Of a stretch of DNA of 64,000 bases, positions 24,201 through 39,183 are shown one piece after another (the stretch's first letter is position 1; every line of letters starts with the position of its first letter). Made by a program: the position numbers and the translations under genes. This stretch comes from Octopus bimaculoides (Eukaryota), in NCBI RefSeq assembly GCF_001194135.2, contig NC_068984.1:103743477-103807476 (forward strand). Direction: 5' to 3'. The notes beneath the pieces are model-generated. The model was given only the letters and a program-made list of their open reading frames with translations. It did not search any database and was not told the DNA's origin.

Positions 24201-27200
24201 CATACAAAGATGATTATAAGTAATGGGGTAGTGGAGATGTGTGTACATCCATCAGTGCTTCAGTGAGTGATTCTTAGCCAAACCTACTTTATGAATCCTT
24301 GATATTTACAGACCTAGCTCCATATAATGCATAACTTCAACACGTAGCACTATCTGAGATCTCACTGGCTCTTTAAAGACCACTAATCTACAATCAGACA
24401 TTGATTCTCTTTGGGATGAAGGTGACACTCACAGTAGCTGCTTTTGTGTATCTTTATATTTTCGGTGACATTCTGAGGATTTCAGTTTTCCATTTTTCTT
24501 AAACTTATGTAAAAACATTGAATGAAAAAAGTAAACAAGAAAATAGATTTGATAGACACAGTAAATACAATTGCTTGTTCAAGACAAGAAACTTATTTTC
24601 AATAATATTTTGCTAGTTAGAGACTAGCATGTCTGCTCAATATTCTTCTCTACCTTTCCACTTTATTCAACTTTACAACTGTTCATTATTTTCTAGGAGG
24701 TTCGTTTGATCCTTGACCACTGTTTTGATGCAAAAGCTGATGATCGCAGTCCTTGTGAAGTGAAAGGCACTACTCCTGAAGAAAATATATATTTAAATAC
24801 TGTTGACCCTCTTCAAATTGGTGGCATTTACATGGGAATGTCAAGTATTAATTATCCCAACTTTGCTTTTGATAGTTTTCTAGGATGTATCAAAAACTTT
24901 ATACACAACAGCCAGGTTAGTGAAACATATGTAATTTTCACAAGTGTTTTGAATCTTTGTAGAGAGTGCAGCAAAAAAACATCCCAAATTCACCATTCTT
25001 GATAAATGTTTTAGCAGCAAACACATTGTGCACCAGTCTAAACCATGATGGTAACTGAAAAAGAAACAGTAAAACATTAGTTACTTGACATCATTACCAC
25101 CTGCCCATCTTATCTAACACCACAGCAATGGCTGTGTAAAACATCAGAGTTTTTTTCCAGAGTGCATCCTGAACATTTGGTTGACAATTGTATCTTGTCA
25201 ATAACACTACACCAGACGTTAGTCCAATTGGTTATAGATATCATGGGGAAAGTTTTATAACTGACTGTCTGCTATGCTCAGTGCTAAGCTATGTAATGTA
25301 TTCATTTTATATAACCAAAGACAGATTACGAGAGAAAATGCATGTCGGAACCACACTGTATAATTGCTTCATTAGCTTGCAGTATTGTTCTATTCTTTGT
25401 TAAAAGATCCGGAAAAGTGGTAGGGTCACTAAGTATTCAAATCTCCATGCAAATATGTTAATGCTATGAGGCTGTTAAACAGGAAAAGAATTTCAGGAGA
25501 TAACCATTGACAACCAAAACAAATTCCTTATATTTGAGTTTAAAGAAGTCTTCTAAATGGCCAGTGTCTGTTATTTAACAAAATAAAGGAAAATTTTATA
25601 AAGATAATGCTGTTTATGCTTACACAAGAAAATGGATATAAAAACATTAGAGTATTAATTTTCAATCTTTAACAAATATTAGTCTGCAATCTGACAAGTT
25701 CTTAAAAAGTGGATTATGCTATTGTCATGGGAAAGTCATCTAGCAGAACCCATCATTGGATAGAGAGAGAGAGAGAGAGAGATATATATACTTTGTTGCT
25801 TAGACCAGCTGATCTGACTGCATTATCATCATCATTTTAGCAACAACTTTTCCAAGCTCACAAGGGTTAGCTGTAATTTGTTGTGGCAGATTTCTACCAG
25901 ACATAAGTTTCATAAACTACCACTACCACACTTGAAATGTACCTGTTAAAACGCTTTGTCTCGATTTGAATATACATGAAGGTATTTTCTGCAAATGTGC
26001 TAAGCACTGATGCCAGTCATAGTTTAATCAATAATGTAGGAGCAAGATAAATGCAGTAAAAATAGGGGGGTTAGGGGATCCCTATTTAAGCGATCTTTCA
26101 GAAATTGAACCTCCTTACAATACTCCCTGGGAGTTCATGGTATGAAATTCATTGTCATTGTTCCAATTTGGTCACCAACGTCATGTATTTAGTTTAAAAT
26201 GCAATAAGAATATGGGGGGTCAGTGGGGCCCCAATTAGACGGCCCTTAAAAAAATAGACCCCCTTAAGACATTCCCTGGGATTTAGGGGAGTTGCTGGTT
26301 TGAGTTTCATTGTCCTTGCACCAACAGTCTAGGCGGAGTTAACGAACATAAAAACATAATGACGGACAGAACAACATCACTTAAATTTATAATAGGATGT
26401 GTGTGTATGTATGTATATCATCATCATCATCATCATCATCGTTTAACGTCCGCTTTCCATGCTAGCATGGGTTGGACGATTTGACTGAGGACTGGTGAAA
26501 CCGGATGGCAACACCAGGCTCCAGTCTGATTTGGCAGAGTTTCTACAGCTGGATGCCCTTCCTAACGCCANNNNNNNNNNNNNNNNNNNNNNNNNNNNNN
26601 NNNNNNNNNNNNNNNNNNNNNNNNNNNNNNNNNNNNNNNNNNNNNNNNNNNNNNNNNNNNNNNNNNNNNNNNNNNNNNNNNNNNNNNNNNNNNNNNNNNN
26701 NNNNNNNNNNNNNNNNNNNNNNNNNNNNNNNNNNNNNNNNNNNNNNNNNNNNNNNNNNNNNNNNNNNNNNNNNNNNNNNNNNNNNNNNNNNNNNNNNNNN
26801 NNNNNNNNNNNNNNNNNNNNNNNNNNNNNNNNNNNNNNNNNNNNNNNNNNNNNNNNNNNNNNNNNNNNNNNNNNNNNNNNNNNNNNNNNNNNNNNNNNNN
26901 NNNNNNNNNNNNNNNNNNNNNNNNNNNNNNNNNNNNNNNNNNNNNNNNNNNNNNNNNNNNNNNNNNNNNNNNNNNNNNNNNNNNNNNNNNNNNNNNNNNN
27001 NNNNNNNNNNNNNNNNNNNNNNNNNNNNNNNNNNNNNNNNNNNNNNNNNNNNNNNNNNNNNNNNNNNNNNNNNNNNNNNNNNNNNNNNNNNNNNNNNNNN
27101 NNNNNNNNNNNNNNNNNNNNNNNNNNNNNNNNNNNNNNNNNNNNNNNNNNNNNNNNNNNNNNNNNNNNNNNNNNNNNNNCGCAGCTATCCTCCTCCATTC

Positions 27201-27462
27201 TCACCACATGTCCATACCAGCGCAATCGTCTCTCTTGCACGCCACAACTGATGCTTCTAATGTTCAGCTTTTCTCTCAAGATACTTACACTCTGACGGGT
27301 ATTCACATTGACATTACACATCCAACGGAGCATACTGGCTTCATTCCTTGCGAGCTTACGTATGTCCTCAGCAGTTACAGCCCATGTTTCACTGCCATGT
27401 AGCATGGTTGTTCGTACGCATGCGTCATACAGTCTGCCTTTTACTCTGAGTGAGAGTCCCTT

Positions 27463-27497
<35 letters not shown>

Positions 27498-30400
27498 GAC
27501 AGGCTTCCTTCTGTTTCCATCTATGAAATCTACTCACAAGGATTCAATCAGCTCAGGACTATAGTAGAAGACACACACTCTAGGTGCCACGCAGTGAGAC
27601 TGAAAACAAAACCACATAGTTGGGAATCAAGCTTTCTAACCAGACAGCTATGTCTGTGCTTATATATAATTGACAGAGAAACCCAGATGATCAATACATA
27701 GAAACAAATGTAATGAAATTATGCGTAAATGGAGAGGACATTTAGTGTAAGGAAATGTAGTACAGTATGTTAAAACTGTATGTCAAAATGCAATAGAGTT
27801 CAGAGAACAAGCAATTGAATTCCTTAGCTAAGGTACATATGGCTGCAAGATTGATAATGGAACTAAAACAATGCAAGAAAATACAAAATTACACTTAGGT
27901 ATCCAAATAAGAGAAATGAATATGTATTAAATGTTATTAGAGATTTCTCTTTTTAATTGCTGAACAGCCTAGGTTTTTGAAGTATTGTAAAAAAATGAAA
28001 CCCATCTATTAATAAAAAAAAATGCATAAAAGTAATTGAAAATTCATTTTAATGTGTGTGTGTGTGTGTGTGTGTAAAATAACATAACAGTGCTTGTGAT
28101 TATTAATTGATGAGTAAGAAACATGTCTTCCTAGCTCTCTGTTTCAACTGTTTTAAGTTTTAGTGAAACTGAAAATATATGAACATTTATTGCATAAGAC
28201 ATATAACAAAAGCTTTTCTCTTGCAGATTTATGACTTACAAGTCTCTCGTCGGGATTCTTTCTCCAAGAATGCTAAAGTAGGATGTTCTCGTACTGAAGA
28301 GCATTGTTTAGACAAATGCAGTGGAAACTCAACATGTATTGCAGATTTTAGCGGAAACTACCAATGTGTTTGCAATGCAGGTTATCAAGGAAAAATCTGT
28401 GACAAAAGTATGTTACTTAGACATCTTGTTTATCCAATAATATTTTCTTTAACCGTCTTGCATTTAACCAGCTATATCCAATCCAAATATTCAACCTGTT
28501 TTATGTTCAAACTGGCCAGGTTTAGCTTCACACACACACACCCTACAATGTCATTCTAAAAATAAACAACCACATCATAAAAATCTCAAAGTTGTTATAT
28601 AAAGCATGAGTAATTCAAAACAATGCCAATAAATAAACATTACATTTGACAGAGTAATGTGAATGCTAAAGGGTTAAACCAATTTGTTGTGGTAGATTTT
28701 TACTTTTTAATGAGTGTTTAATCTTGTAAAGAGTTATCTTAGATGAGCACTGGCGCTATTTGTAGATGATTCATTGGACAGTTTGAGGTGATTGTTGTTG
28801 TAAAGCAAATATAATCATCAGTGATATCCAGACTACAATAGAGAAGGCAAATCGCTAGATTTGGTTAAAGAGATGATGAGCAATGGCTAGAAGAATATCA
28901 AGTGAAACCTAGTAACTAGTTAATCTAGCAAGCAAGGCCTTCCTCTCAGTGAGGGGGTCTGGTGTGCAATAATACCATCGAGATGAAGACCCTGGAATAG
29001 CATGCATTCACTCCTGATGACCCCATAAGCTTGCTAACATCCAGTATGCAGAGCTTTCAACTGGTAGCACTTGCATCTGCAAGTTGTTTACAAAAGATTT
29101 AATGAAATTGTCAGCTCATCTATAACAAATTTAGCAATATATCTAAATTAGAGCTTATTCATATTATGTTTCATGGCCATACAGTATTTGTAATACATTT
29201 CAGTAGTAATATTAGCAATTTGCCAACAGTACAAACACTGATTGTCTATCAACAATTTATTTTATATCCTCTTCATATAATGATCTGTAACTCTGAATTA
29301 AAATGTTTACACCAAGGTGAATTTTTTAAGATGTAGTCCTTAAACTCTACAAAATCTATCTAGAGTTTATCATGGACTAAAAAAGTCCTCATACAAAAAC
29401 TTTTTTAATTAAAAGCAATAATATGCCACATGATTTATTTTTATATTTTGTTATCCTAATTATGAAAAATTTCCATTATTTGACATTTGCTTTCCATGTC
29501 AACATGGGTTAGACCGATTGCCTTGGTCCAATTTAGATCTCAATCAGTTATATATCCACCACCTTCAAAGTATCAAAAGACTACATCTCCACTTTTAGCA
29601 AGATTTATATGGCTGGATGCCCTTTCTAACAATAACCCATTTACAAAGTGTAGTGGGTGCATTTTGTCATGGTCCCAGCACTAGTGGAGTTGTTTTGTTC
29701 CCTTTATTGAGAGCAATGTGATCTAGAGAACAGAAAATAGCATAAAGGAAGGAAGAGTATAACTAGAGAAACCAAGTGATGAAAGATAGAGAAGTGGAAA
29801 AGACAGTACTAGAGTGATGAGAGAGAGAAAGTGTGGCTAGTAAGAGAGACCAAGTGCAGATATCAGTATTTAATGACCTGGGTGAGAGGATAATGGAATC
29901 GCTTCATTATTGCACAAGAGAGGGAACCAGGCTATATATGAGTGATGGTGTTGAAGATAATCAGATCTATTACTCGTCCCCTCACACTGCGCCATACTAC
30001 CCATTACATGGACAATATGGTACTGTGACTAAAAAAGAGATGCGTAATTGAAAGGTGTGTATGTGCATAAGAGTTTATCTCCACTCTTCACAGAAGCAGT
30101 GATGCTATGAATAAGTCTCCTGCAAGGTATACATTTTGTAGCTTCAGGCCAAACTTGAGTATAAAATCAATATTTGCGATTTGATGTAGTCTATAACGAA
30201 TGTATGCTGATAGAACATAATTCAGGCTGTAAATATGGAAGAGGTGAGGGGGGAGGGAGTGTTGATAAAGAGATTGAATGATTTTTAAAATCTTATGTTC
30301 AATTGACCTGAAACAATCTGATGGGCTTAGAATGCTTAAATTGTTTGGTTCAATCTAAAGAAGGTCAAGTTAGAAATGGATTGGAAGCATAAAAGATATA

Positions 30401-33400
30401 CTGTTATAACATAATTTTCTTTTCCAGATCTATACATGAAGGCAGAGGTTAAAATGGTTTATGACAAAATTAGTGGCTGTGGAACTATGTCAGGTCACAG
30501 CTGTGCAATGAACATTGTGGCTCCTCATGAAATTAATTACAGTGAATTTAAATTATTGTGACCAATCATTTATTAGATAACTATCACACATGTCAGGTTT
30601 CAGTTTCCATCTATTAATATCATTGACAGGGCATTGGCTAGCCACAGACTTTAGTAGAAGACACTTGACCAAGGTATCATAGTCGGATGGAACTTGAGGA
30701 TCATGTGATTACAAACCAAACTTCATTACCACACAGCTGTTTCTGTGCTTAGAGTAAATAACAAACTACAATGCATTAGAAATTTGATTTTAATCCATGT
30801 TGTTGAACATTAATTTTCATATTGTCAGTGAAACAATCTTTTCAGCCTAATAGTTCATGGAAGAAGGCTTTGAGCAAGTTGCAAGATATTATTGCTATAT
30901 ATGTGATACAAAGTGATTAGCTGTCCACCTTTAATGCTGGTAATACTACCGGAATCAATTAATATTTAAAAAAAGTTTTCTTTTTTAATCTCCAAATTGT
31001 CTAAATATCTCTCTAAATGTATCAAAATTTCAGAAATTTCATGAATCTACTTCACTGTAAATATTATGCCTCATTATCTAGTACTAATTTTCCTTTTACT
31101 TTCATGATTCATTTCAGAAACCACTATAAAAGATTTTAAAAGTAACAGCTTCATAACATGGGAATTCAAAAATAGCTTTTATAATGTGATGAATGACTTT
31201 AAGAATGAAATGCAAGTCAGCTTTAGAACACGAGAAACTAATGGACTCCTTTTCAAAGTCCCTAGTTCTAATCCAAACGATTTTATGCAACTCGAGGTAA
31301 GAGTATCATATTTTAGCAAATCCATTTAATTGCTTTAAAAGCCACCACCACCACCCCCTTTTTTTTTTTTTTTTTTTTGCAAATGATTACAACCACCATA
31401 TCCCCCATACATATAGGACTTCCTTTATTTTTATTTTTATTTCACTTGGCCTGGTCAGTTTATACTAGTTTACATAGTTTTAAGCAGAAGAGATAGCTCC
31501 CCTTTTGAAAATAAAAGATATCCTGTAATTTTCAGTCAGGGTGGATTTAGAACTTGGCATTATAGACTATCAAATTATGTGTCAGTTTACAGAATGCTCT
31601 ACTGCTTAGAGCCATAAAATACACCTCCATGTGATACCTATCCAGAACTGGATGAATTGATCTTCAGCTGGTAGCATCATACCCAAACCTCTTGGCCACT
31701 TATAACACTTGCACATTTTTTTTTTTTTTGTTACATCTGCTTTGGTTGTCACCAACATCATTAGAAGTCTAGCTTTTATATAAATAATTGAAGCTGAAAA
31801 GAATGTATATTAGAAGAGAAAGTAACACATTTGATTGTGAGGTGGAGAACCTTTTCAGAAAAGTTTGTGGGTTAAAGAAATTTTGAAAGTAGGGAGAAAA
31901 TAGCTTAATTTCTCAGTTTCCTATAAGGTGGCATAAGGATAAAAATCTGCTCTTGAGATTATCTTCACAGTTTATGAGTCATGTCTTTTTAAGTTTCATA
32001 GAAACAATTTTCAAAAAATTACTTTCAATTTTTCAGATCTCTTGTATAGGAAACTTAATTTCTTATTTCCTTTCAATAGTAGACAATTGAGAAGTAATAA
32101 ATAAAAAAATTGCAATTATTTTTGCTTTTTTTTTTATTTCCATGTTAAATTGATGTATCAATATTTAAAGTTTTTTAAATATTTACATCATGCTATGTGA
32201 ATGAGTGTTGGTTGGTTAAATGTTTCACTGAAAATATCATGTAAGTAGAATAAATAATAACACAAGGTATTTTTGTTGGAACTTAACCATTTTTATCAGC
32301 TTTCTTTGTAATGTGTATGCTTTCACTGATCATCAGCAAAAGATGTTACACAACTTCCCAAACAATTAAGGTCTACTAAATTTCAGTCATAATGTATTGG
32401 TTAACCTCAAGGTTATGAGAAAAGACAGCTATGTTGCAATATAGGGTATCAATCCTGGAGATACATAATTATAAAACAAATTTGTTATTCATATTGTCAT
32501 ACTTGTGCCCATATAAAGAAATTCTATAAAATTTGTAGGCGGTTTTTTTGAGGTGAGAATGAAAAGGTTTTATTTTGTGCATATAAACTGTAATGGTTAT
32601 TTTTTGTGGTTTATACTGGAACTATGTCAGTTACGATAACAAGGATTCCAGTTGATTCAATCAATAGAACAACCGGCTCATGAAATTAATGTGCAAGTGG
32701 CTGAGCACTCCACACACAAGTACCCATAACACTGTTCTCAGAGAGATTCAGCGTGACACAGAATGTGACAAACTGGCCCTTTGAAATACATGTACTACTC
32801 GTTTTTGCCAGCTGAGTGAACTGGAGCAAGGACACAACACACTGCCAATAATTAAACTCATGACCTTGTGATTGTGAGCTGAATATCCTAACCACTAAGC
32901 CACACACCTTCTGTGATTTAATAACAAAATCACATTTGGTTGACGTGCAAAAAGCTGTCCAAATAATATTAAATATTTTCTGTTAACTTTCGTTTTAGTA
33001 ATGTATATTTTGATTGTAAACAATTCATAATCCACAGACTACTTATTCTTTTAGCTCTTAATTTTGAATTTGATTTCTTTTAATATTCAATACACAGATT
33101 ATAAATAAGAAAGCTTGTCTTGGTTATAACTTTGGACAAACCTCATCTCTGCATCATTTATGTCTGGATTATGTTGATGTAAATGATGGCCAGTGGCATA
33201 CTCTGAAAATGAAACGTGTCAAGGAAGAAATACAACTCATGATGGATGGTGGCGAAGGACGCTTCTATGCTGACACTTTTGTTAAAACCTTCAAAACTCT
33301 TACATTCACACCTAACAAGGTTGACTTCGCTGCAGGTGCCGAAATTACAATTCAGAATGCTATTACAAGGATCAAAGGCAAAGACTTCAAAGACTGTGAG

Positions 33401-36400
33401 TATTCTCCAAACATGGTTTACTAGAGGCATTTTCTTACACTTAGCATCCTAAAATTCCTGAAAAAAGTGTTATTGAATCTTATAAAAAGAAAATAATAGA
33501 AAGCTCTTTAAAAATGACAGTTTTTTTTTTTTATTACTTACTATTACTGTAATTTCCTGCAGAGATATTTTTTTTATTATAAGTACTAAATGTCCTAATA
33601 ACAAAGATTACACATGTTTTTATATCTCCATATACATAGAAATGGTAAAATCTTGTCTTACAAAAGAGTTAAAAGTTGTCTTTTTGTTGAAATAATCTAA
33701 TGTTTTTTAAATGTTTCATGAAAGTTGGGACCTTCTTTTGCTCAATATGCAAGTTGTAGGAAATTTGAATACTTAGCTTTATGTAAATGAGGACTTCCAG
33801 TAATTTTTGTTATATATATATATATATATGTGTATTACCATCATCATCATTTAACATCTGTTGTCCATACTGGCATGGTTTCGACAGCTTGATCTGGGTT
33901 GCTAAGCTGGAAGGCTGCACAAGACCCCAGTCTGATTTGGCATGGTTTTCTATGGCTGGATGCCCTGCCTAACACCAACCACTCTGAGAGTGCAATGGTT
34001 GCTTATATGTGCCACCAGCATGGGTGCCATTTGCATGACACTGGTATCTGCCACGACTGTGATTTTGCTCAGCTTGATGGGTTTTCTCAAGTATGACAGT
34101 GCCAAAGGTCTTGATCATTGCCTCGAAAGGAACTCAGCCACTTTGCCTCCCTGAGGCCCAAAGCTCAAAAGGAACTCGGAAACTTTGCTTCTATGAGGCC
34201 CAAAACTCAAAAAGAACTCAGCCACTTTGCCTCCATGAGGCCCAATGCTTGAAAGGTGCTCTTTACATTCCACCGGCACAGGTGCCAGTTACGTGACACC
34301 AGCATCAGCCATGACTATGATTTCACTTGGCTTGATGGGTCTTCTCAAGCACAGCATATCACCAAAGGTCTCAGTCACTAGTTATTGTCTCAGTGAGGCT
34401 CAAAGTTCGAAGTTCATGCTTCACCACTTCATCCCATGTCGTCCTGGGTCTACCTCTACCACAGGTTCCCTCCGTTTATTTTACCAGAGATATAATAACA
34501 AAAGCTAAGTGGTTTGATATATTATCTGATATCTATATAAATGACATTTCATAAGAATGAAAAGAAAACACAGGATACCAGGTTAATAACACATCAGTCC
34601 TGTTGTGACACACAATACCACCATTTTCCTGCCACAAAAACCAGGCTGAGCTAATTGATTTATTTTTGCATGGAGATAATTTTTTTTTCTTTTTTCTAGC
34701 TTGCATGGATGACATTCGCTATGATGATGCTTGGCTACCAATGCAGCAGAGTGAGACAAACAGTGAAGCTGCTACGGTCAAACTGATAAGAAATGTTGCT
34801 GATGACTGCATACGAGATGATTGTAAAGGTGTCACTTGTGGCGTCCTTCAAACTTGTATTCCATTATTTGGGAAATATAGTTGCATGTAAGTTTTGTTAT
34901 AATCACTAGTTTCTTTTTAACTTCACAGTACAACAGAAATGTATATATTCTTACACACACACTCACACACACATTGTTTCTCTCTCTACACTGGCTCTGC
35001 CATTAAAGCAGTTATCGAGGTATATTCTCTAGTAAAGATGCCAGACAAGTTTAATACTCAATGTTGGCACTTTGGTACCAGGAAATTCCTCACATTATGC
35101 AGCAAAGGTCGTGTTTTAACTTGGTTGCATCATTTTATATTAGTTTCAACATTCTTGTAAAATGATAAAGCAATTGATAATATCTGATCAATATTATAAA
35201 TGCTAAAGGATTGAAATGTTCAGGTGTGGCTGTGTGATAAGAAGCTTGCTTCGCAACCACATGGCTCCATGTTGTCTCACTGCTTGGCACTTCAAGCAAG
35301 TGTCTTCTACTATAGCCTCGGGCTGAGCAAAGTCTTGTAAGTGGATTTGGTAGACAAACTGAAAAAGGCCCATCGCGCGTGTGTGTGTGTGAATGTGTCT
35401 TTGTGTTTGTTTCCCACCACTGCTTGACAACTGGTGTTGGTATGTTTATGTCCCCATAATTTAACGGTTCGGCAAAAGTGACTGATGAATAAGTACCAGG
35501 TTTAATAAAGAAGTACCGGGGTCAATTCATTCAGTTAAAAATTCAAGGTGGTGCCCAGCATGGCCAGTCTAATGACTGAAACAAATAAGATAAATTATTT
35601 ACATTATTTACATTTGATGGATATTTGTCCTCATCTTTGTTGTTAACACAACGTTTCGGCTGATATACCCTCCAGCCTTCATCAGGTGTCTTGGGGAAAT
35701 TTCAAACCTGGGTTCTCATTCCTAAAGTATTTTTAGATATTATTATTATTATTCAGGTCACTGCCTGGAATCGAACTCAGAATCTTGTGGTTAGTAGCCC
35801 GCGCTCTTAGCTACTATGCCATATGTCCATATGCCTGAACTAAGATAAAATTCTAAGAATAATGGCAGAAATGTAGAAAAGAACTATGTTGATGCTTGCC
35901 TTTTTTGTTTTATGCCTGATTTCAGTCATGGGAAACTGTATATACTAAGCTGATGCTTAACTTCATTCAAAACAGTAACTATTTTGTTATGTTTGTGAAC
36001 TATCTATAGAGCTATTTTTGGTTTGGCTTTCCAATCCTAAATGGAATGGGAGCTTTTTCTAATGAAGTTTAAGAGGAAGAATATTTAACCCTTCAGCATT
36101 TTGATTACTCTTTCAAATGCTTATTTATCCACATTGTTTTGAATTATTCATGCACTACATTTCAATGATATGATTGTCTTTTTAGAATGACATTGTAGCA
36201 TAGGTGTAAGAGGCTGGATTTGGCCTAAGTGTTAAAGGGTTAATTTGCTTTCATTATCCTGGTTCAGTTGTTTCCTAACCAACCAGAATTCATTGTTCTC
36301 TCTCTTACTTTCCCTTTCTCACTTCTCTCTGGTTATACTTCCATTTCAATATTTAGTGGGAAGAGTATCTCATTTTGTTTTTTGTTTTTTTAAGACACAT

Positions 36401-38377
36401 ATATGTCCAAATCTATAGAATGCTACCTCTGACAATTCTAAGAAAAAAATTGACAAATATTTTGGTAAAATCATTGCAATTAGTTTTATAAAGAATATCA
36501 TCGCATCTTTAACATCATTTCATTCTGAAATCTATTGTCTTTTGTGCCATCATTTTGTTTTCTTCTCATTATTCCATCTTTTTCTTTGCCATCTTCATGA
36601 CCTTCAGATATATGGAGTTGAAACTTGACTGAGAATATTCATAAGTCTGTCTGTCTGGTTTCTAAACACTTGTTCTTGTATTTGCTTATAGCATTGAGAT
36701 GAGTCTACATTGTTATAAGCAAACTAGCCAGCCAAATCTACTAGTTAATTCTAATTAATCTGTACTGCTGACAGATGTTCTAAGGGAAGGCATGAATAAA
36801 ACAAGTTCTCGATAACTTCTCTTCTTGTATAAATCTGAGAACTTGCACCTAATTATGAAAAGAAACCTAATAAAGTTGTATCACTTCTAACTGTAGAGAA
36901 GTGTTGAACGTTTTACTAATATTTTTATATTTTTGACAAAAGCCTTTTTTTTTTAACTTTACAAAATCTTGAATGCATTTCAAAGGTTTCAATACAATTA
37001 AGTGAAGTTAATACCAGGAATGTGACTCCAGCCTATCCAGAGATTCTTCAGTCTTTAACCGCACATCAATATTAATAAAAAATAAGTGTCAGTAGAAGAA
37101 ACGAGTGCTTGGGGGGGGGGAACTTCCTCTACTGGCGATTTAGCTTAAGTTCTAAGCAAATTCTCAGTAAACAAAAGAAGTTTTTGGAAATTTCATAATA
37201 GTGTCTTCTTCCTTTCTTTCATCAACCAGTCATATTGTCATCAGTACCATCTGACCTTGGTCATCTGCCACATGTTCATTTTAATCACCTAATGAATCAC
37301 CTGCCAGATTCTAGTTAATTATTTTAAAGTAAATATATCTAGCAGATATCAGGGACCTCTCTCGGCACGCCGCAGGCAAGAAAGAAGGTAAGCCGAACTG
37401 CGTTGACAAGGCTTGCTACAAAACCTTTTACCCCACAATCTAACTTCATCCTTTGTGTTTGATATTTATTGTTGAAAAAAAAAGTTTTTCCTTGTTACAT
37501 GAATGTTTTTCATTTTTTTCGTGTGAAAAAGAAAATATTTTTTTTAAATGTATCTTGTTAAATGCTTGAAAGAATTGAGAAAAACAATTGCTTTGACTTT
37601 TTAAAAACCTGTTGCACTTTTGAATTATTTGGTTAACCCAACTCTTAACATTTGTCTCTCCAAATATTGATTTCTAATATTTATTTTGTTCATTTTTAAT
37701 ACTATTTGGCATTATTTTTAATGTTATTCCTTATATTTTTGGTTTGATATAAAAAAAAAAAAAACATACAAATGAGTAACTATTTTGGTATTTTGTAGAA
37801 TGGTGAGGTAATAGTAGAGCACCAAATTAAATTCCTTAGTTAAGTTACATCCATTAGAGACTGATAAAATAATTACCTCGTAGTATCCTACCATCCCCTT
37901 CCCCAACAAAAATTATGAGAAACTGATTTTCTGGTGGTTGTAGCTAGAGACCCAGCAACATATATTTTCTTCCTGAGTAACAACTTAATTCTTCAAGTAG
38001 AAAGTAGGATTAAAAAAAAAACTAACATCCATGAGCAGTATTTTCTCTTTTTCCATCATATGACTTCAAAATAAACCAATTAAACTTTTCAACCAAAAAA
38101 AAAATGAATTCTCACCTACATTTTATAACATCTATATAATATTCTCGCACATTCTTGTTTGTTGCTCTTTTAAATGTGTGAGCATATATGTATCTACAAA
38201 GAGAAAGGGAGAGGTGTATATCATTATCATTGTTTTATCTACTTTCCATGTTGGTATCTGTTGGGAGGGTTACCAAGGCCATAGTCAGTACATATTAAGA
38301 AGTACTAATTTAAGCAGGTTGTAGAACTTCAGCTTGCTCATGTTTCATTCATATACACATACAGGTGTGTGTGTGTG

Positions 38378-38424
<47 letters not shown>

Positions 38425-39150
38425 CCAATAAGAAAATGGAGGGGATCAAGAGGTGGCATTCATCAACTTTTAGACATTATATTATGTCTATTTATTTTTA
38501 AAAAAACAATTATAATAATATACATACTTGTATAACATATTATGCTTTACATATATAAAAATACCAGTAATTATTAAAATATAGAACATAGAAAGTAGAA
38601 TAGTTTCTTACAGCTGTTTCAGCCAAGAGGTCATATTACCCCACTTTACTTCCATCCCTTCAGTGAACTGAAATATTTGGTAGATAAGATTAAGGTACTT
38701 GGGTGTGCCTTTGGGCTTCGTCAGAGAGTTTAGAAAGTTCATAAGGTTAAGTTACATATATAAATATATACATATATACACACTTTTACATACATATACA
38801 TGAATACATATCTATACATTTATATATGTGTGTATATGCATACAAAGGAATCAATTATTATTATTAGATAAAGTATAAACAGAGGAAAGAGAAAATTATC
38901 GAAAGAGAAATAATAGTGGAATTTAAATAATCACTCTATCTTAAGATTATTGTAGTTTTGTAGGAATGAAATATATATATATATATACATACATAGATAG
39001 ACACATATATATATATTTACATACAAACATACCCATAGGTACATACATATTTCGTGTGTTGAGAAGGGAAGATTACTGTAGTAGTTTGTATTTTTCTTTT
39101 TATATAATTATAATAATTATACACAAACATATATATATATATATATATAC

Positions 39151-39183
<33 letters not shown>

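Noticed and set aside
26050-26400. Helentron/HINE-like element
   Set aside because: Only the 3' end (...gacggacagaacaacatcacttaaatttataataggat) is vaguely similar, and there is no second copy in the window to define boundaries.
29833-30051. 72-aa ORF (also 18597-18809 and 6347-6601)
   Set aside because: No recognisable motifs or splice support; probably decayed repeats.
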